From contig MEOG01000132.1 in assembly GCA_001769125.1 (NCBI GenBank), forward strand, positions 11,628-75,627: a DNA stretch of 64,000 nucleotides. Direction: 5' to 3'. The notes beneath the pieces were generated by a model that searched no databases, had not been told where the DNA came from, and saw only the letters and a list, made by a program, of their open reading frames with translations. The position numbers and the translations under genes were made by a program. How positions within the stretch are numbered: the stretch's first letter is position 1; the number at the start of each line of letters is the position of its first letter. Source of the DNA: Bacteroidetes bacterium GWF2_35_48. Its GTDB lineage: Bacteria; Bacteroidota; Bacteroidia; Bacteroidales; GWF2-35-48. Below, in pieces: positions 35,353-43,310 of this stretch.

Positions 35353-37950
35353 TTATTTATTGTTTTTGCCTACAGTAATTTGTTTTATTATAAGCTCTTT
35401 TGCAGTACAAATTTTTAAATTATAATTACCTGTAGCAAGGCTCTGTAAATTTAATTTGTATGTTTTATTCGTAGCAGTATTTACAATATTATCACTAATT
35501 GTTGATTCAATAATTATCTGACCAAGCATATTGTAAACTTCAATTTTTTGTATTTCCATATCTGAACCATTCTCTATAAAAAGTTCTCCTGTGGTAGGAT
35601 TAGGATAAATTTTAAAAAAATCAGCAATTGTATTTTCTTCAATACCTGTTGCCGGAAGTATTGTAAAATAGGTATTACTGAAATCAAAAATTGAATCAAT
35701 TGAGGCACTTAATATTTTAATTTTATAAACCGAGCCGGAAAATAAATCTGTAGGAATATGCCATGAATAAGTTTGATTTGAAATGTTACATTGACCTATT
35801 GATGTTATAAAAGACGTTCCCTGAAATAGTTCTATATTAGCTGTTCCTGAAATATTTGCTGATGTCCAAGTGATGTTAATTGTTGTATCCATTTTTAAAG
35901 TTTCTCCGCCGTTGGGGTAGGTGATGGTAATTAAAGGAACAGTAGAAGTAACATTTATTGGTACTATACTTGACCATGCACCAATATTATCTTGTGATTT
36001 TGCTTCTATTGTATTGCTACCTGACGATAATGTAACAGAACCTGACCAACTTGTTGTACCTGTCGCATCTTGCCAACTTCCACTATTTACACGGAATTGT
36101 ACTAATGATATACTACCGTCAGGGTCATTTGCTGTTCCTGCTACAGAAATATTTTGTGTTGTAAATGATTGTCCGTTATCTGGAGAACTTATACTAATCG
36201 TAGGGATTTGATTTGATGCGGAATAAGTAACATTGATTGAAACAGGGTTTGACCATGCGCCTGTATTGTCTTGTGATTTTGCTTCTATTGTATTGCTACC
36301 TGACGATAATGTAACAGAACCTGACCAACTTGTTGTACCTGTCGCATCTTGCCAACTTCCACTATTTACACGGAATTGTACTAATGATATACTACCGTCA
36401 GGGTCATTTGCTGTTCCTGCTACAGAAATATTTTGTGTTGTAAATGATTGTCCGTTACTTGGAGAACTAATACTAATCGTAGGGATTTGATTTGATGCAG
36501 TAACCGTTAAAGTTGCATCATTGCTTTGGGCTTGATATTCATTGTTACAATTATTGATTTTACAATTGTAACTACCATTGTCACTAGTAGTGAGATTTGT
36601 TATTGTAAATGAGTTACTTGTTGCTGAAGTATTAATTGGTCCTCCTTGTAAAACATTATCTTTAAACCAAAAGTAAATAAATGGCGGTGTACCATTTACA
36701 GAAACGTTAAATACTACTGTACTACCTGAATTCACTGATTGAGTTTGGGGATGTGTAGCGATTGTTACTGCTGTACAAGATGAATTACAAGCAATAATAT
36801 TATTTTTTGTATTAGTTCTAATTTGAGCCAATAAATTATAAAGATTATTACCAGGACAAGTGGTTGATGCCACATCACGATGCCCCATAACTCTTGGTAA
36901 ATTTTGAGAATTTATACTGGCTGAAGTTGTAGGATCAAAACCACGCCAATCAAACCACCATGCTAATAAATCTTCTAATTTTGATAATTGAACTGTTGTT
37001 GAATTTGTAACGTCAGTATTTCCTAAAAAACAAATCCCTATTGAATATGAATTGTAAGAAGTAGCATGTGCCCCTTGAACATCTTGAGTTGTATTACTAG
37101 GATTGTATCTGCCTTGAAAAATATTACCGTACTTGTCTACAAGGTAATTATAACCTATATCAAGCCATCCATTTGTATTAACATGATAATCCCAATAGCT
37201 TCTTACAATAGAATAGCCATCTGTATATGTATCTGGTGAGGCTCCATGATGCATGATTACATGAGTTGGATATATCACAGTTGGGGTATATGTCGGGTTT
37301 TGACAAGCAGTGAAACTCCCACACCAATCACTCCTTGGTATTATAGATGGCTGTGGGCATCCTCTATTTTTATTTGATTCATTTATAATATCTTTGTTTT
37401 CAAGTTTTTCAAAATTATTTCTATCTGAATTATTTGAAATCATGTCAACTAAATCCACTCTAGTTGTATTTATTTTTTCAGGTGTTAATAAAATAATCTC
37501 ACATTCATTGTATAGCTCTTTATCGCTTAAAAAAATTATATTACTCCAGTATAAATTAGTCGGTGTTTCATTTGGTAAAACTTCACCTTTCACTTCCCTC
37601 CAATCATCCCAATCAAAATTATTTTTTTTAGTCCTATATTTTATTTTAAAAGATTCGGGTACAACATTATCATTTTCACATGACCAACCTACTCCGAAGT
37701 AAGAAAAGGGTACTGGTGATTTAATGTAAAATGAATAACTTCCATCTATATTCCTACTACTTTCTATATTATTATCCCAACTTATTATTACAGCAGGATT
37801 ATTCCTTCTTTTACTGTCGTCAATTACCTTTGTTGGGTAGGGTTTTAAATCAGTTTCTTTAAACTTAAAAGAACTTTGCTGCCCCATTACTCTTACCTGC
37901 ATTGCAATTACGACAATGCACAGAAATAAAATCGTAAAAATCTTTTTCAT
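35353..37950 (-). CDS. T9SS-secreted N-acetylmuramoyl-L-alanine amidase (PGRP/amidase_2 type) with an Ig I-set-like domain and duplicated Ig-like modules (865 aa)
   Basis: Signal peptide. Amidase_2 blocks VIMHHGASPD, GWLDIGYNYLVDKYGNIFQGR, GAHATSYNSYSIGICFLGN and MGHRDVASTTCPG (Zn ligands His/His/Cys). The Ig-like block is GS.VVFNVSV.G..PF.YFWFKDN...SDNGSYNCKI. Two 93-aa tandem modules follow. The T9SS C-terminal domain is FKIYPNPTTGELFIEN...GNYNLKI. Confidence 0.85.
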   Translation of the reverse strand: MKKIFTILFLCIVVIAMQVRVMGQQSSFKFKETDLKPYPTKVIDDSKRRNNPAVIISWDNNIESSRNIDGSYSFYIKSPVPFSYFGVGWSCENDNVVPESFKIKYRTKKNNFDWDDWREVKGEVLPNETPTNLYWSNIIFLSDKELYNECEIILLTPEKINTTRVDLVDMISNNSDRNNFEKLENKDIINESNKNRGCPQPSIIPRSDWCGSFTACQNPTYTPTVIYPTHVIMHHGASPDTYTDGYSIVRSYWDYHVNTNGWLDIGYNYLVDKYGNIFQGRYNPSNTTQDVQGAHATSYNSYSIGICFLGNTDVTNSTTVQLSKLEDLLAWWFDWRGFDPTTSASINSQNLPRVMGHRDVASTTCPGNNLYNLLAQIRTNTKNNIIACNSSCTAVTIATHPQTQSVNSGSTVVFNVSVNGTPPFIYFWFKDNVLQGGPINTSATSNSFTITNLTTSDNGSYNCKINNCNNEYQAQSNDATLTVTASNQIPTISISSPSNGQSFTTQNISVAGTANDPDGSISLVQFRVNSGSWQDATGTTSWSGSVTLSSGSNTIEAKSQDNTGAWSNPVSINVTYSASNQIPTISISSPDNGQSFTTQNISVAGTANDPDGSISLVQFRVNSGSWQDATGTTSWSGSVTLSSGSNTIEAKSQDNIGAWSSIVPINVTSTVPLITITYPNGGETLKMDTTINITWTSANISGTANIELFQGTSFITSIGQCNISNQTYSWHIPTDLFSGSVYKIKILSASIDSIFDFSNTYFTILPATGIEENTIADFFKIYPNPTTGELFIENGSDMEIQKIEVYNMLGQIIIESTISDNIVNTATNKTYKLNLQSLATGNYNLKICTAKELIIKQITVGKNNK
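35940..36498 (-). repeat. Near-identical in-frame tandem duplication, 279-bp period, two copies
   Basis: cttgtgattttgcttctattgtattgctacctgacgataatg... occurs at 35991 and 36270 (offset 279). About 225 nt of each copy differ at only ~3 positions by eye. The encoded unit is ASNQIPTISISSP.NGQSFTTQNISVAGTANDPDGSISLVQFRVNSGSWQDATGTTSWSGSVTLSSGSNTIEAKSQDN.GAWS. Confidence 0.9.
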
Positions 37951-38023
37951 AACCTAAATGTGTTTAATTTTTCCCTACTCTTTTTCGCCACGGCGAAGGA
38001 TTTTCGGGGTTGCTCCTATTCAA
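37951..38023 (-). promoter_or_regulatory. Conserved leader cassette, copy 1 (entire tail-fibre/amidase intergenic spacer)
   Basis: The minus strand reads ATAGGAGCAACCCCGAAAATCC[ttcgccgtggcgaa]AAAGAGTAGGGAAAAATTAAACACATTTAGGTTATGAAAAAG. It is homologous to 39374-39440. Copy 1 carries an extra perfect hairpin, ttcgcc-gt-ggcgaa. Confidence 0.6.
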
Positions 38024-39373
38024 TTATTTTCGGATTGTTTCTAATTTACTTATTTTTAGTTCCAACTCCTCTACCTGTTTTTTCAATGCCTCCAGCTCTT
38101 TAATTTTCTTGTTTAATTCTTTAATTGCAGCTAATGCAACGCCTGCAGGATCAATAGTTGAAATGGCTTTGTCATCATTGCCAAGGTTGAACAGATTATA
38201 AAAATCCTGCGACATTGGTCCGATGTGTTTCACACCCGGTTCGCTTTTGTAGTTCCATACAGTGATTGGCAACAGATCAATTTTTGATAATATATCTTTA
38301 TTGCTGACCTCTGTAAAATTTTCTTTCAACAGTTTATCTGAAGCATTTGTCCATACGCCACCATTAGATAAAAAGGCTCCGTTTGTAACATCAATAACCT
38401 TTCCGGTACCTGACTTTGCGATATATATCATTGAATTTGGATTACTGGAATTATTTTGTTGAATCTCTAAAGTTCTCCCCATCCCGTCGTTAGTTATTAT
38501 CATAGTGTTTGAAGAAGCGCCTGTATTGCTTTGTTGTATCTGGAATGGAATTCCACTGCTTCCTGAATGCCAGATTCCCAATCCGTTTGCCCCGCCTGTT
38601 ATATTCATATAAAAACTGGTTCCATTATAGGGTTGCTCCTGCCGTATCCGGCCTACAACATGCAGTTTGTCAGAAGGGCTTGTTGTGCCTATCCCGACAT
38701 AATTCCCATCATCAAAAATTTGTGATGTGCTTATGGAAGTTGAACCGGAAAATTTAGGTATATAATTAGATGTACCGGAACCGGTAATTCCCGCAGAAAA
38801 GGCTTGATTAACGGCATTCGTTATTCTGCCGAATGAATTTACTGTGATTACAGGTACATTTGTAGTGCTGCCATAAGTTCCGGGAGTAACTCCTGTTGTA
38901 GAATTACTGATTGTATCACCGGAAATTGAAATTCCATTACCTGCAACGTATGTTTGTTCTGTTTCCTTCGCATACAAAGCATACGGCACGCTGAGCAGTT
39001 GGCTTGTTCCCATTTCAACATAATTGCTGCCACCTGCTGCATCGAGTTCCACTTTTACAAAATACGACCCGCCTGCCCAGTTGATGCTTGCGAAACTGCC
39101 GCTTACCACAGCACCACCGCCTATGGCAAGGGTTACCAAGCCGAACTGGTTTGTGGTATCGGTATGTGTTTCGCTATATACAAGTGTTCCGGAAACGCTG
39201 CCCTGTAACAGGCTTATACGGAACGATACATGCTGGTTTGCCAGCACATTGCCCGCTGCATTTCGGGCTATCGCTTGGTATCTGAAGCTTTGTGGCGATT
39301 GGGCAAAGATGTTTTGATTAATTAAAAATGATAAAAAAAATATCAGGGCAATTCTTGTAAAAACCTTTTTCAT
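38024..39373 (-). CDS. Tail-fibre-like surface protein with a C-terminal peptidase S74 intramolecular-chaperone domain (449 aa)
   Basis: Signal peptide. Fibre-like Gly/Ser/Thr-rich region with YIPKFSG.....S.IFDDGNYVGIGTTSP. The C-terminus ASDKLLKENFTEVSNKDILSKIDLLPITVWNYKSEPGVKHIGPMSQDFYNLF...IDPAGVALAAIKELNKKIKELE is the S74 autoproteolytic chaperone signature, followed by a coiled coil. Confidence 0.8.
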   Translation of the reverse strand: MKKVFTRIALIFFLSFLINQNIFAQSPQSFRYQAIARNAAGNVLANQHVSFRISLLQGSVSGTLVYSETHTDTTNQFGLVTLAIGGGAVVSGSFASINWAGGSYFVKVELDAAGGSNYVEMGTSQLLSVPYALYAKETEQTYVAGNGISISGDTISNSTTGVTPGTYGSTTNVPVITVNSFGRITNAVNQAFSAGITGSGTSNYIPKFSGSTSISTSQIFDDGNYVGIGTTSPSDKLHVVGRIRQEQPYNGTSFYMNITGGANGLGIWHSGSSGIPFQIQQSNTGASSNTMIITNDGMGRTLEIQQNNSSNPNSMIYIAKSGTGKVIDVTNGAFLSNGGVWTNASDKLLKENFTEVSNKDILSKIDLLPITVWNYKSEPGVKHIGPMSQDFYNLFNLGNDDKAISTIDPAGVALAAIKELNKKIKELEALKKQVEELELKISKLETIRK

Positions 39374-39440
39374 AACCTTAATGTTTTTAATTTCCCCCTA
39401 CTCTTTACAGGATTTTCGGGTTGCTCCTATTATTTTTTTG
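39374..39440 (-). promoter_or_regulatory. Conserved leader cassette, copy 2 (upstream of the tail-fibre-like gene)
   Basis: The minus strand reads ATAGGAGCAACCCGAAAATCCTGTAAAGAGTAGGGGGAAATTAAAAACATTAAGGTTATGAAAAAG. Homology to copy 1 continues ~17 nt into the CDS (ATGAAAAAG.TTTTTAC). Confidence 0.6.
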
Positions 39441-39566
39441 ATGTCTTATTTATTTTTTATCTCACAAAATATCATCTGTTTTTTCATTTGTCTTATATTT
39501 TGTTAAACCCTTGTTATTTCAATATTTGTTTGATCTTGGTATAGCTGATTTAATTTTATAAAAAAA

Positions 39567-39962
39567 TTATTTGCCTGAAAACATTGTCTCTATTTTTAAT
39601 ATAAATTCTGAAAAAAATATTGGTTTTGATATAAACTTTTTTAGTTCTGTATTCTTAAAATCTGATATATAAGATCTATCTACTATACCTATTATCAGAA
39701 GTTCATTATTATATTCACATATTTGTCTTAATGATTCAAGTCCATTTATTTCTTGAATATCAATGTCTATAAAAACCATATTTATTAATTTGTTTTTTTT
39801 ACAGAATTCAACAGAATTTTTACAGTCAGTTTCTAATATCATTTTTGCTTCTGTTTTTTCTAAAATATCTTTTAACAAATAATAATAATTTTCATCTTGC
39901 GTATTTACCAATAAAATTGTTTTGTCTTTCCAGTTAAAATTGTTTTGTCTTTCTTCTTTCAT
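39567..39962 (-). CDS. Stand-alone receiver-domain protein, atypical acidic pocket
   Basis: Beta1 ILLVNTQDEN replaces the usual DD pair. Putative phospho-acceptor in MVFIDIDIQEINGLE. Conserved Lys-Pro in FISKPI. 131 aa, no output domain. Confidence 0.6.
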   Translation of the reverse strand: MKEERQNNFNWKDKTILLVNTQDENYYYLLKDILEKTEAKMILETDCKNSVEFCKKNKLINMVFIDIDIQEINGLESLRQICEYNNELLIIGIVDRSYISDFKNTELKKFISKPIFFSEFILKIETMFSGK

Positions 39963-40029
39963 TACTGTTAAATATTTCTGCCGATTCTCACGACAATTTT
40001 TGCTTGCTTTACTGAAAGATTGGAAAGTC

Positions 40030-40206
40030 CTATTTTATAATTACAGGCGATAAATCAGTATAAACATAACCTGAAATAGTTGTTGTTACATTATAAAATG
40101 TTATAGTAGTAAGTTTTGGGACTCCTATTTCTTTTTTGCATTTGACAGAGAAAAGAATAGCGCATACAATAAGAAGAGACAAAAAGATTGCAGTTATTTT
40201 TTTCAT
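40030..40206 (-). CDS. Small hypothetical membrane/exported protein (59 aa from the ATG)
   Basis: MKKITAIFLSLLIVCAILFSVKCKKE... has a hydrophobic N-terminus. The only support is the ORF and its position upstream of the receiver gene. The ORF track uses an upstream TTG (40221). Confidence 0.3.
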   Translation of the reverse strand: MKKITAIFLSLLIVCAILFSVKCKKEIGVPKLTTITFYNVTTTISGYVYTDLSPVIIK

Positions 40207-40343
40207 AAGTATGTTTTTCAAATTAAACTGTTAATGCAAAAATATAACTTTTAGTTTAATAAAACAAAATATTTAAACCATAAGTTTATTTATAATAACT
40301 TATAGTGTATAGAATAAATTTACTTATTAAATACATTTACACT

Positions 40344-40724
40344 ATGAATTTAAAAGACCTTGGTAAAAAGATAAGAGTAATGCGGGCAGAAAAGAGCCTG
40401 AGTCAGGAAAATGTTGCAGTAGAGTTAGGAATTTCCACAACTGCATATTCAAAAATAGAAAGAGGCGAAACCAATGTTTCTTTTACCCGCCTGATACAGA
40501 TAGCCGATTTTTTTGGTATGGGATTGATAGAATTTTTAGAAAAGCAGGAAGCGCGACCGTATAAAAATAAAAAAGCAAAACAGGATTCTCAAATTACAGC
40601 CAATGAAGACACATCTGGTTACAATAAAAAACAAGATAACAATTTGAAAAAGGAAATGGTGCAATTACGCGAGTTGCTAAAAGCAAAAGAAGAAATTATT
40701 GAACTTCTGAAAAAAAAGAAATAA
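40344..40724 (+). CDS. XRE-family helix-turn-helix transcriptional regulator with a Lys-rich C-terminal helix
   Basis: LGKKIRVMRAEKSLSQENVAVELGISTTAYSKIERGETNVSFTRLIQIADFFGM is a classic HTH_XRE domain. I use the ATG at 40344 (MNLKDLG) rather than the GTG at 40305. Confidence 0.8.
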   Translation: MNLKDLGKKIRVMRAEKSLSQENVAVELGISTTAYSKIERGETNVSFTRLIQIADFFGMGLIEFLEKQEARPYKNKKAKQDSQITANEDTSGYNKKQDNNLKKEMVQLRELLKAKEEIIELLKKKK

Positions 40725-40753
40725 AGCCTATACACACTAATTGGCAATCTCAC

Positions 40754-41155
40754 TCACTCAACATCCCCCACCTTTTTCCTCTCCGCCTTTTTACGCGATA
40801 AGCTTATTTTCTCCTGCTTTTTTTTCTCCTTAGATTTTTCTGTAGGTTTTGTAGGCTTGCGTTTCTTCTTCTTTTTTAAACATTTTTCAATGAGGATGTA
40901 AAATTTTTCTATGCACTTTTTTTTGTTTTTCAGTTGCGTGCGTTCGGTTTGCGAAACGATACGAATAAAGCCTTCATTTGTGATTGTATCGGCAAGTTTC
41001 TCAAGCAAAATATTTTTTTGTTCCTGCGTTAAAATTTCAGAATCCTCCACATGAAAACGAAGTTCTACTTTCGTAGAAACCTTGTTCACGTTTTGTCCGC
41101 CTGCGCCACTGCTACGGGATGCGCTAAATGTAAATTCTGGTAAAAAATCTTTCAT
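40754..41155 (-). CDS. arfB: Alternative ribosome-rescue factor ArfB (peptidyl-tRNA hydrolase, YaeJ family)
   Basis: GGQ motif in SGAGGQNVNKVSTKVELRF, ~133 aa, with a Lys/Arg-rich C-terminal tail. Confidence 0.9.
   Translation of the reverse strand: MKDFLPEFTFSASRSSGAGGQNVNKVSTKVELRFHVEDSEILTQEQKNILLEKLADTITNEGFIRIVSQTERTQLKNKKKCIEKFYILIEKCLKKKKKRKPTKPTEKSKEKKKQEKISLSRKKAERKKVGDVE
40762..40849 (-). repeat. Direct-repeat copy B (the native arfB 3' end encoding the basic tail)
   Basis: See 29150-29238. It encodes PTEKSKEKKKQEKISLSRKKAERKKVGDVE*, versus PTEESKEKKKQEKISLSRKKTDRKKVGDG.. in copy A. Confidence 0.85.
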
Positions 41156-41234
41156 TGCGTAAAAATTGTTCTTGTATTCTGTTTTAGTTTATAATGCGAA
41201 TTAAGAGTTAAAAGATGATACTTGATAATCAATA

Positions 41235-41325
41235 GCCACAAAGTCACAAAGACACAAAGCTTCACAAAATAAATTTCAATTCATTCCTTCTAATATAGTG
41301 AGACTTTGTGTCTTAGTGGCAAAAC
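41235..41325. repeat. Inverted array of octamer-type repeats (cacaaagN)n forming a long hairpin
   Basis: ccacaaagtcacaaagacacaaagcttcac (41235-41264) is complementary to gtgagactttgtgtcttagtgg (41298-41319), followed by caaaac. This is the same ...GTGG(C/T)AAAA ending as the cttagtg and ctatgtg units elsewhere. Confidence 0.6.
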
Positions 41326-41500
41326 ATATCTGTTCCAACCCTTAATTGGCATTTATAACAAAGATATTATTTTTATTAATGATTTCAAAAGAAGATAAAT
41401 TTAAAATGAAAAATAAATATCACGCTATAAATAATATTTAGCATATTTTTAATTATTATTGTATGGTTATTATTAAACAATAATTCTATAAACTTTGTAA

Positions 41501-43294
41501 ATGAATTTTAGAAATTTTTTCCTTGTCTCTATAATAATGGTTTTGGGTTTCAATGTTGCTTCTCAAACCCTAAAAAAATACTCAGGTGCTTTCCCTCTTT
41601 CTGAACCCTGGTCGCAGGACGCAAAAATAACCTGTTCTTTTTTTGATGAAAAATCAGGAAAAGTGTATGATGGAAAATTTACATTATCTATAGTTGGAAA
41701 AGATAATTTCAAAGGAGTAAGTCAAAATATCACGGGATTTTTTAAAAAAGGATTACGTGATGGGAAGTGGATATTTACGGTATCCTATAATGATTGGAAA
41801 CTAACAGAGAATAACTATTATAAAACAGGCGCATCAACGCTGACCATTAATTACAAATCAGGACTGCCTGATAATTTGTGGAGTTTTTCCGGTTCATATA
41901 AGATTAGACAAAAAACAGAACAAGTAAGCAAGACTGGTTTTACTGCATTTTCAAAAGTTACAAAACAAAATATTAAAATGAATTTTAAAGAGGGGATTTT
42001 AAATACTTTTTTATACGAATCCCTAGGCTTAAATCCTAAAGATGCCATCAGGTACACCTATACATTTGATGAAGCTGGGTTTTTGCAAAATATTGCGAAA
42101 GATATTGAGAGCTCAAAGTCTGATGAAATATGGTACCATGGCTTAGACAAATCTTCTGATGATGAAAAATTGAAAATGGATAAATATTTATATTATTTAA
42201 AAATTGCTGAAGATTCTCTTGCTTATCTTCCTTACTCATACAAAAAGCTTGTATTTCGTGAAAATAAAAAAATTAATGAAAATGATTCCTCTATAAATAT
42301 TTCCAACCTTTTATTGAGAATTTACAATGATATTTTTCTATGGAATGATATTCCCGGAGATTTACATTTTGATACGACAAAATCAAAACAGGATTATCTC
42401 GTGAAACTCACAATGCCCGGATTTTACACAAGAGAGCTGTATAAGCAATCTCCAAAAGAAAAAACACTAAATGCAGAACAAGCAGAAATGTTTAGTAATA
42501 TAAACAAATTGCTTAAATCTGTTCAATCTGTTATCATTGAACCAAAACTCAATAAGTGTTCAAAAATAGAAGCTGCATCTCAGAATTATAGCAGTCTTGT
42601 AAAATATCGCGACACGATTGCTCAGGTGCAGGATAAAATAAATGCGCTTGAAAAATATTACAAAGGTGTTAGCTCATTTAGCAGCTTTCAGGAAGTTTTC
42701 AGTAATACAGAATTTCTGAAAAATATCAGTGAAAAAGACATTTTAAATTATATATTAAATATGATTACATCCATAGAAAAAATTGTTCTGCCCCTGACTA
42801 AAGATATGGAGAAAACTTTGAATGATTTTGAGTATGATTTTTGGCTCAATGAGGGCAACACATCTATGGCGCAGAAAAATTATCCGGCTGCGATGAAAGC
42901 ATTTGAAACGGCTAAAATACTAAAGCCAGAAGAGCAGGAACCGATAACAAAAATCAAAGAACTCACCAGGCGGGAAGCTCTTAAGGGAGCGGAAGACCAG
43001 CGCATGAAAAATTTCAGTTACCTGTCAGAGCATTTCAGAAAAATACCCGTGAATTATAAATCAGGCGAAATTAAAAAACATTTGTACAATGCATATCTGA
43101 TTTTAAAAGAATACATGGTAAGCGAAATGGACAATTCAAAATACGATGCATATCAAAAATTAGAAATCAGTAAACAGGTTATAAAGCTTGTAGATAAAAT
43201 GAATGAATTGCTAAATTCAGATACAGAAGAGCTGGAAAAACAGTTAAAAAAAACAAAAGAACCTGAGAAAATAAAAGAGATATTGGGGATATAA
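41501..43294 (+). CDS. Exported hypothetical protein (597 aa), N-terminal MORN/YwqK-like repeats, C-terminal TPR-like helix pair
   Basis: Signal peptide MNFRNFFLVSIIMVLGFNVASQ. G.YDGKF...GLRDGKWIF motifs. The C-terminus NEGNTSMAQKNYPAAMKAFETAKILKPEE is TPR-like. No confident family assignment. Confidence 0.6.
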   Translation: MNFRNFFLVSIIMVLGFNVASQTLKKYSGAFPLSEPWSQDAKITCSFFDEKSGKVYDGKFTLSIVGKDNFKGVSQNITGFFKKGLRDGKWIFTVSYNDWKLTENNYYKTGASTLTINYKSGLPDNLWSFSGSYKIRQKTEQVSKTGFTAFSKVTKQNIKMNFKEGILNTFLYESLGLNPKDAIRYTYTFDEAGFLQNIAKDIESSKSDEIWYHGLDKSSDDEKLKMDKYLYYLKIAEDSLAYLPYSYKKLVFRENKKINENDSSINISNLLLRIYNDIFLWNDIPGDLHFDTTKSKQDYLVKLTMPGFYTRELYKQSPKEKTLNAEQAEMFSNINKLLKSVQSVIIEPKLNKCSKIEAASQNYSSLVKYRDTIAQVQDKINALEKYYKGVSSFSSFQEVFSNTEFLKNISEKDILNYILNMITSIEKIVLPLTKDMEKTLNDFEYDFWLNEGNTSMAQKNYPAAMKAFETAKILKPEEQEPITKIKELTRREALKGAEDQRMKNFSYLSEHFRKIPVNYKSGEIKKHLYNAYLILKEYMVSEMDNSKYDAYQKLEISKQVIKLVDKMNELLNSDTEELEKQLKKTKEPEKIKEILGI

Positions 43295-43310
43295 AAATTT
43301 AATTTGTGAA

